From Promethearchaeota archaeon (lineage in GTDB: Archaea; Asgardarchaeota; Heimdallarchaeia; Hodarchaeales; Hodarchaeaceae), in assembly GCA_048938105.1 (NCBI GenBank), contig JBHLMN010000002.1:1-64000 (forward strand): a stretch of DNA of 64,000 bases, given 5' to 3'. Under the pieces are notes generated by a model that made no database searches, had not been told where the DNA came from, and worked only from the letters and a program-made list of their open reading frames with translations. A program made the position numbers and the translations under genes. Positions 58,616-64,000 of the stretch are shown here, piece by piece. Positions within the stretch are counted from its first letter, which is position 1. The number at the start of each line of letters is the position of its first letter.

Positions 58616-59437
58616 TTACTTCATTTCTACTAAAGAGGCGATTTTTTTGACTATTTCTGTTGAATCAAGTCTCATTGGGTTTATTTTTAGTACAATATGC
58701 CTTTTTCGCCTTTCTAAGTAAAAATATTCTTTCATTGCGTTAAGCATACGTATTTTTCGTATTATTGGAGCAAAAATATGAAAAGACAAATGTTGATGGT
58801 CAGAAACTTGTTGAGCTTGTGCGAGAAGGATTGTTAATAGATCCTTGTGAAGTTTGAAGAATCTAGGAAAATCTCGGGAAAAAGTACCAACTGTAGTACT
58901 TGCTTCTTCTTTCTCGGTTCGGTTGTGGATTGCAGAAATGAATTTTCGCTTAAAGGGAACGAAAACATTCTCATCAAAAGTTGATATTGTTGTTGTCATT
59001 GTTTCTTCAATGGTGGACGACATTCTATAAAATTCTTGATATATAGAATCAGGGAGCATCTTCAATTGATAAAAACCTGAATCAAATTGCCTCATCGTGA
59101 AAGGTAGGATTTCTCCAAAAATAAAATCCAATAACAGGTCATCTTTCCTTTTTCCAGCAAGTGAGAAACAAATTTCACTCATCCCTTTAGAAAGCTGATG
59201 AAATAGTTGAAATGAGTCAATATCAGCATAAGGTGGTAATTCCGTCATTATTCCTATCCCCTCTTGTGGTTGCAGTACTAAAAATTCTGTAGTCAAGTTA
59301 GTGATTTTGTATTGGATTTTATTATGAGAAATTTCGAGATATCCCCTTTTCGTGACAACAACTTGCTTTTTCCCTATAATTTCAAAAGGGGGGCACATGA
59401 TAAAGAAATGCTTCGTACCAGTTAACAATAAGTCCAC
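58616..59437 (-). CDS. Hypothetical protein (273 aa)
   Basis: Long ORF convergent on the GTPase gene. No motif recognised. Confidence 0.7.
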   Translation of the reverse strand: MDLLLTGTKHFFIMCPPFEIIGKKQVVVTKRGYLEISHNKIQYKITNLTTEFLVLQPQEGIGIMTELPPYADIDSFQLFHQLSKGMSEICFSLAGKRKDDLLLDFIFGEILPFTMRQFDSGFYQLKMLPDSIYQEFYRMSSTIEETMTTTISTFDENVFVPFKRKFISAIHNRTEKEEASTTVGTFSRDFPRFFKLHKDLLTILLAQAQQVSDHQHLSFHIFAPIIRKIRMLNAMKEYFYLERRKRHIVLKINPMRLDSTEIVKKIASLVEMK

Positions 59438-59629
59438 CTTATTTAATAGAATTGAAACACTAGTTACATACTTTTATTCTATTTGTATTTTTCTTTTCTT
59501 TTATTGAATTCAAATTAAATAATTAATTCATATTGCCACTATCTTTATTCTTAAGTTTGGTTCCTAACAAAGATAAAAATGACTATATTTCATCTTAAAT
59601 TATAAGTAGTGCTGATAAAGGTAATAAAA

Positions 59630-62600
59630 ATGACCAAGGATCTTCCTACGAAAGATTCTCATTTCAGTATAAATGAGCTACACACTAAGCAAGTCCACAC
59701 TATGAGAATTCGTCACCCTAATACTCCTCAAATGGCAAAAATTCGCGAATTATTTGTCACTTTGAAAGATGCTGGCCGACTTGCTGATTGTGTGAACGAA
59801 TGGTCAGAAGATGATAGTTGGGGTGGAGGATTTGGAAATACTAAATTTACAGCTGAAAGAATACTCAAAGAATGGTTTTCAACAAAATTAATAAGACGAA
59901 TGGTCATTGATGAGGAAGGAATTGTCCAGGGGTACTGTACGGTTGACAATCATTGGACTGATGAAGATACAATGTATGTTCAGCTTTTAGGTGTTCGCCC
60001 TTCTCAACAGAAACGGGGTTTCGGAAAAAGTTTACTCTTAAAAGCTGTTGAAACCGCAATGAATCATGGTAAACGACGTTTAGATTTACATACCTGGGCT
60101 GGAAACTTACGTGCTGTTCCTGTTTATAAAAAAACGGGTTTTATGTGGTGTCCCAAGACATCCGTGTTGATGGAGAATTTCCTACCAGGGATTTTAAACA
60201 CAGCTTTCTTCAATACATTCTTTCTCCAAAATGATTGGTACAAGTCACGGCTTTTTACTGTAATCCAAAAAGCTGATGATTTTGAGAAATTCGGTATGAA
60301 ATCTTATTATTATTATTTTGTTCAAGATGATCAAAATTCTTTAACAGTATATGTGGATCGTCACGCGAAAGATATCTCAGGATTCTCTTATGTTGTTAAT
60401 GGGGAAGAGCTATCTGTACAGCTGATTCCTAATTTGCATGAAGTATTTCTTGGTATTGATTTAACTACGGCCGAACTGAGGATAAACAATAAATGTAAGA
60501 GGCCTATTACGATTAAAGGCAGTTTTAATTTTTTCAAAGGTATTCAGGCCGTTTCTATTGAATCAATAGATGAAGTTATTGAAGCTTACACTAAAAAGCA
60601 GATCGTCATCAAAGTAGAACTAAATCCTGAGGTTGAAACATATATCTTAGATCAAGATCCTTGGAAACGAACCGATTGTCGTCTTTATGGTCTTTTTGAG
60701 ATTGATAATAAAGAAATTCAATTAGCTGTAGGATGGGCGCCAAAAGAATCTTTCCAAGTTATATTGAGTGAACCCTCGGCCTATTTTGGGAGATATATAG
60801 AACGGATTGATGTCCCAGTTGGATTCCGGAATATGATGAATCGCCCTTTTAATGGACGAGTTGTAATTTCTGGAGAAGGGTTATCAGCTCCTCATGAAGT
60901 TAGAATTGATTCATTGGAATCTGGTGATGCTTTTGAAACCCAAGTAGAGGTTCAAAAACCTATAAAATCAACTGTTACAGCTTGGCAGTGGAATATCCAA
61001 TTTTACCAACAGAAATCTGATGGAGAGTCAGCCTTACCTCCAATAATTCGGCATGTAAGTTGTTTTACTAAGGCAGGAGCAGTTGCTTATGTTAATCCTC
61101 ACAAAGCTGCTATAATTGAAAACGAACAGTTACGATTTCAATTTGATTTGAAGGAAATTAATGAACTACAATATATAAATTCAAAAGATGTCGGTGAATT
61201 CCCTTTTAGGACATTTGGAATGAATATTGGAAAACCGTTTCCTGCTGAATCCTCAGAGTTTTGGCGTCTTGATCGTCCATATAAAATCATACAATATGAC
61301 AATGGGGTTTCTTTTAAACAGGTTATGTTGAGTAAAGTCGAAAAACCAGGATTGCAAGCCACACGTTGGATCACTGTTGAAGGCGGAAAACCATTTATCT
61401 CCTGTTATTACAGAATGACAAATACCTCTGATTTTCCAATTGAAAATATCGCTATTCGTCATTGGAGTCCTTGGAGAACCCCCTCACTTTTAATTGGTAA
61501 ATATATTTTACCACTGGAATCTGGATGGATTGTTTCAGATGATCCTGAATTCAATGATAATTTTGATTTTCCTCAAAATGCTGATGAATATGCAGAACCT
61601 TGGATAGCAAAAGAGAATCAGCTTGGCTTTGGGTGTGGTCTTATCTGGGATTCTTCTCAAGTTAAGTCAATTCAGGGTAATCCATTCAGTGGGCCACAGA
61701 TAGACACTAAGACCTATACTCTACAACCAGGAGAAACAATCAATTTGGGACATATTACTTGGGTTTTTGGAAGATCTATAGCTAATTTGACTCGTAAAAT
61801 TTGGTTAAACGAGTTCAATGGCAAGGAATTTTCCTTTATTGAGGATGGTAACATTGAACATAGTACTTCACTCCTTGAGGTTCGATGTGGTCAAAATTTG
61901 GCACTTCCAAAAGTTTCATATAATCCACTACCTAGTTTAAACTGGATAGACCTGGACTCAAACAATATCCCAATAGATATTTTATATCATGCTCGTCGTG
62001 AGACACCCATAGAAGTTAAAATTGAATTAAAGAGTTCCTTTTGGGAATCTCCTTTTCAATGGAAAACGAAACTTGAAAGTGGAATTAATAAACGGACTCA
62101 AAAAGAAATTAGGAAAGATAAACAATTTGACTTTCAAAGCATTCAGATTTTCACATTCAAAGGAGAAATTCATCTTCCCTATACTTCTCGGCCATTTTCT
62201 GGAGTAGTAATTCCATACAAGAGTTCAGGAAAGGTAACCCTTGAAAAAAAAGATGATAAATGGCTATTTTCAAACAATCTGTTGTCTTTTCAAACAAGTC
62301 CAACCCATGGTGCGAGTTTATACTCTGGGAGATTTAATGGTGGTGAAAATCTCTTCTTTTCACGTTTTCCTGTTCGAGAATCTTTCGTTTGGTACAAACG
62401 TTTTGTTGGTGGTTTTCATCCTTTTATTAAAATTTCTTACCATTGGGATTGGTTAGAGTTTCTTGACAACGTTTGGTCTAATCCTGTTCTTTTCAAAGAA
62501 GATAAATGGTTTGGATTGTCATATCAGCTTGACTCTCCTGAAAATGATTTCCGTTTGAAGAATATTAGCTGTAGAATTAATTACTATACTCGTTATGAGA

Positions 62601-63028
62601 GTCCTTTGCTTTGGGGTCAATTTTCATTCACGAATAATTCTGGAGTAACAGTATCAATAGATGCAGGTTTTTTCTTGTTCTTAAAACCAATCCAAGAGCT
62701 CAAAGTAAAGCGACATAACAAGATTTGGACGTATTCTAAAACTGAAAAGGAACGTAATTTACATACAATTCCACCAGATAATTGGGTAATCGCATCATTT
62801 GGAGAGAACAAAGAAAAAGTACTTATGGTTTCACCAAACCCTAAAATCACTTTACGTGGGGATTATATGAATGCTAATAATTATAGTGAGTTTGTATGTG
62901 TTAATAGTTATAAATTAGCCCCTGAAAGCACTAAAACAATTGATATTGGTTTAATTTTCAGTAATAAGGGGACAGTTGAAGACTTTCAAGCTATTTTTAG
63001 TCAAGGGCGTGAATTCATACGAAAATAA
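59630..63028 (+). CDS. Large protein with an N-terminal GNAT acetyltransferase domain and beta-rich C-terminal domains
   Basis: YVQLLGVRPSQQKRGFGKSLL (acetyl-CoA motif A) and LDLHTWAGNLRAVPVYKKTGF (motif B). Start uncertain (59609, 59630 or 59702). Confidence 0.85.
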   Translation: MTKDLPTKDSHFSINELHTKQVHTMRIRHPNTPQMAKIRELFVTLKDAGRLADCVNEWSEDDSWGGGFGNTKFTAERILKEWFSTKLIRRMVIDEEGIVQGYCTVDNHWTDEDTMYVQLLGVRPSQQKRGFGKSLLLKAVETAMNHGKRRLDLHTWAGNLRAVPVYKKTGFMWCPKTSVLMENFLPGILNTAFFNTFFLQNDWYKSRLFTVIQKADDFEKFGMKSYYYYFVQDDQNSLTVYVDRHAKDISGFSYVVNGEELSVQLIPNLHEVFLGIDLTTAELRINNKCKRPITIKGSFNFFKGIQAVSIESIDEVIEAYTKKQIVIKVELNPEVETYILDQDPWKRTDCRLYGLFEIDNKEIQLAVGWAPKESFQVILSEPSAYFGRYIERIDVPVGFRNMMNRPFNGRVVISGEGLSAPHEVRIDSLESGDAFETQVEVQKPIKSTVTAWQWNIQFYQQKSDGESALPPIIRHVSCFTKAGAVAYVNPHKAAIIENEQLRFQFDLKEINELQYINSKDVGEFPFRTFGMNIGKPFPAESSEFWRLDRPYKIIQYDNGVSFKQVMLSKVEKPGLQATRWITVEGGKPFISCYYRMTNTSDFPIENIAIRHWSPWRTPSLLIGKYILPLESGWIVSDDPEFNDNFDFPQNADEYAEPWIAKENQLGFGCGLIWDSSQVKSIQGNPFSGPQIDTKTYTLQPGETINLGHITWVFGRSIANLTRKIWLNEFNGKEFSFIEDGNIEHSTSLLEVRCGQNLALPKVSYNPLPSLNWIDLDSNNIPIDILYHARRETPIEVKIELKSSFWESPFQWKTKLESGINKRTQKEIRKDKQFDFQSIQIFTFKGEIHLPYTSRPFSGVVIPYKSSGKVTLEKKDDKWLFSNNLLSFQTSPTHGASLYSGRFNGGENLFFSRFPVRESFVWYKRFVGGFHPFIKISYHWDWLEFLDNVWSNPVLFKEDKWFGLSYQLDSPENDFRLKNISCRINYYTRYESPLLWGQFSFTNNSGVTVSIDAGFFLFLKPIQELKVKRHNKIWTYSKTEKERNLHTIPPDNWVIASFGENKEKVLMVSPNPKITLRGDYMNANNYSEFVCVNSYKLAPESTKTIDIGLIFSNKGTVEDFQAIFSQGREFIRK

Positions 63029-63230
63029 GCTTATAACATTAAAATCAGTCTTCTATGTTAGCTAAGGTTGGGATCTCACAATTTTTTGCCTTTTTTACCT
63101 CAATAATTTATAATATACTGATAATCTTTAGATAATTCACTTCCAAATGAATTAAGAAAAATACTAGAATCATTACTTAAACATATATTATATGGATTAC
63201 ATTTAAGCAAAGATGTAGTATGAAATAGTA

Positions 63231-64000
63231 ATGAGTAGAATGCCAACTGAGGATTTTTCTCTCGAATCTGTCTTGAATACACTACCTCCTCAGCCTGGAA
63301 TCTATCTCATGTTGAATGAAAAGGGTAAAGTCATCTATATTGGAGCCAGCTCAAATCTCAAAAAACGAGTGGCTTCATATTTTAGCAAGGATTTACCTGA
63401 TCCAAAAACTAAACGATTAGTTTCAAAAATAAAATCAATAGATTACGAAATTCATAAATCTATTGAAGCTGCATTCTTACGCGAACGGGAATTAATTCAA
63501 ATTCATTCACCTCGGTTTAATCTTGATTGGAAAGATGATAAACAATACCCTATGATCCAGATTACAGCCCCCTCAGACAAAGAACTTTTTTCTCGTTTAT
63601 TTATTGTCCGAAGTATCACCAATCGTGGTGATTGGTACTTCGGAAGAAAAAAAGACGTTAAAGCTCTTCGTGCATCGGTTCGTTCTTTACGTAAGGTTTT
63701 TCCTATTGCAAATAAGAGTTATTGTTTTCGTACAAAAAAAGAATGTCTTGATTACTCCATTCAACGATGTACAGCTCCCTGTGTTGGTAAAATATCTAAA
63801 GATGAATATCAACAGATTGTAGATCAATTTATTTTATTTTTACAAGGGAAAAAAGAAGATCTATTGTATATTCTACATCAAAAGATGGATCAAGCTGCTG
63901 ATGATTTAAACTTTGAATTTGCAGCGAAAGTTCGAGACCGTATTACTCAGATTGAAAGCATTATTGACTCTCAACAAGAATTTCCCCAACCCAGAGATAA
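63231..64000 (+). CDS. uvrC: Excinuclease ABC subunit C, 5' part (runs off the window)
   Basis: Hand translation MSRMPTEDFSLESVLNTLPPQPGIYLMLNEKGKVIYIGASSNLKKRVASYF...ERELIQIHSPRFN..WKDDKQYP...CLDYSIQRCTAPCVG...AADDLNFEFAAKVRDRI. This gives the GIY-YIG, Cys-rich and UVR domains. Confidence 0.93.
   Translation, partial: MSRMPTEDFSLESVLNTLPPQPGIYLMLNEKGKVIYIGASSNLKKRVASYFSKDLPDPKTKRLVSKIKSIDYEIHKSIEAAFLRERELIQIHSPRFNLDWKDDKQYPMIQITAPSDKELFSRLFIVRSITNRGDWYFGRKKDVKALRASVRSLRKVFPIANKSYCFRTKKECLDYSIQRCTAPCVGKISKDEYQQIVDQFILFLQGKKEDLLYILHQKMDQAADDLNFEFAAKVRDRITQIESIIDSQQEFPQPRD

Noticed and set aside
63604-63822. 72-aa ORF in the track
   Set aside because: It is an alternative frame inside uvrC, which the track missed because it runs off the window.
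1-64000. CRISPR array, tRNA, rRNA, IS transposase or integrase
   Set aside because: No regularly spaced repeats, cloverleaf or rRNA-like GC-rich tracts, or transposase/recombinase motifs were recognised by eye. A covariance-model search was not possible.

Overview
AT-rich archaeal chromosomal window, most consistent with an Asgard archaeon (Heimdallarchaeia/Hodarchaeales-like; inferred from topoisomerase VI plus gyrase, small Ras-superfamily GTPases, bacterial-type uvrB/uvrC, GGTGA-type ribosome-binding sites and TATA-like promoters). It opens with a topoisomerase operon: the 3' end of gyrA, then a 2311-aa Top6B carrying about 28 tandem helix-hairpin-helix-like repeats, a Top6A with an apparent N-terminal ubiquitin-like domain, and a kinase-like gene. 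Next come a Rab-like GTPase, two degenerate NadE paralogs, ArsB/NhaD transporters, a PadR/BtrH pair and an M14 peptidase. A ~5.8-kb segment bounded by a degenerate ~120-bp direct repeat encodes a splicease-like radical SAM/SPASM enzyme, a methyltransferase-TPR protein, a membrane protein with an MYG motif and a circularly permuted ABC solute-binding protein. The second half holds a 15-kb hdrCBA-flxDCBA cluster with three HdrA-type units (two share an ~0.9-kb identical tract), lpdA, a decayed SDR tandem array, an intein-split uvrB, a second GTPase, a large GNAT protein and the start of uvrC. Three microproteins absent from the ORF track were found by hand: a Zn finger, a hyper-acidic peptide and a hyper-basic peptide. 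No rRNA, tRNA or CRISPR array was recognised. All family assignments come from motif recognition by eye; no database searches were run.
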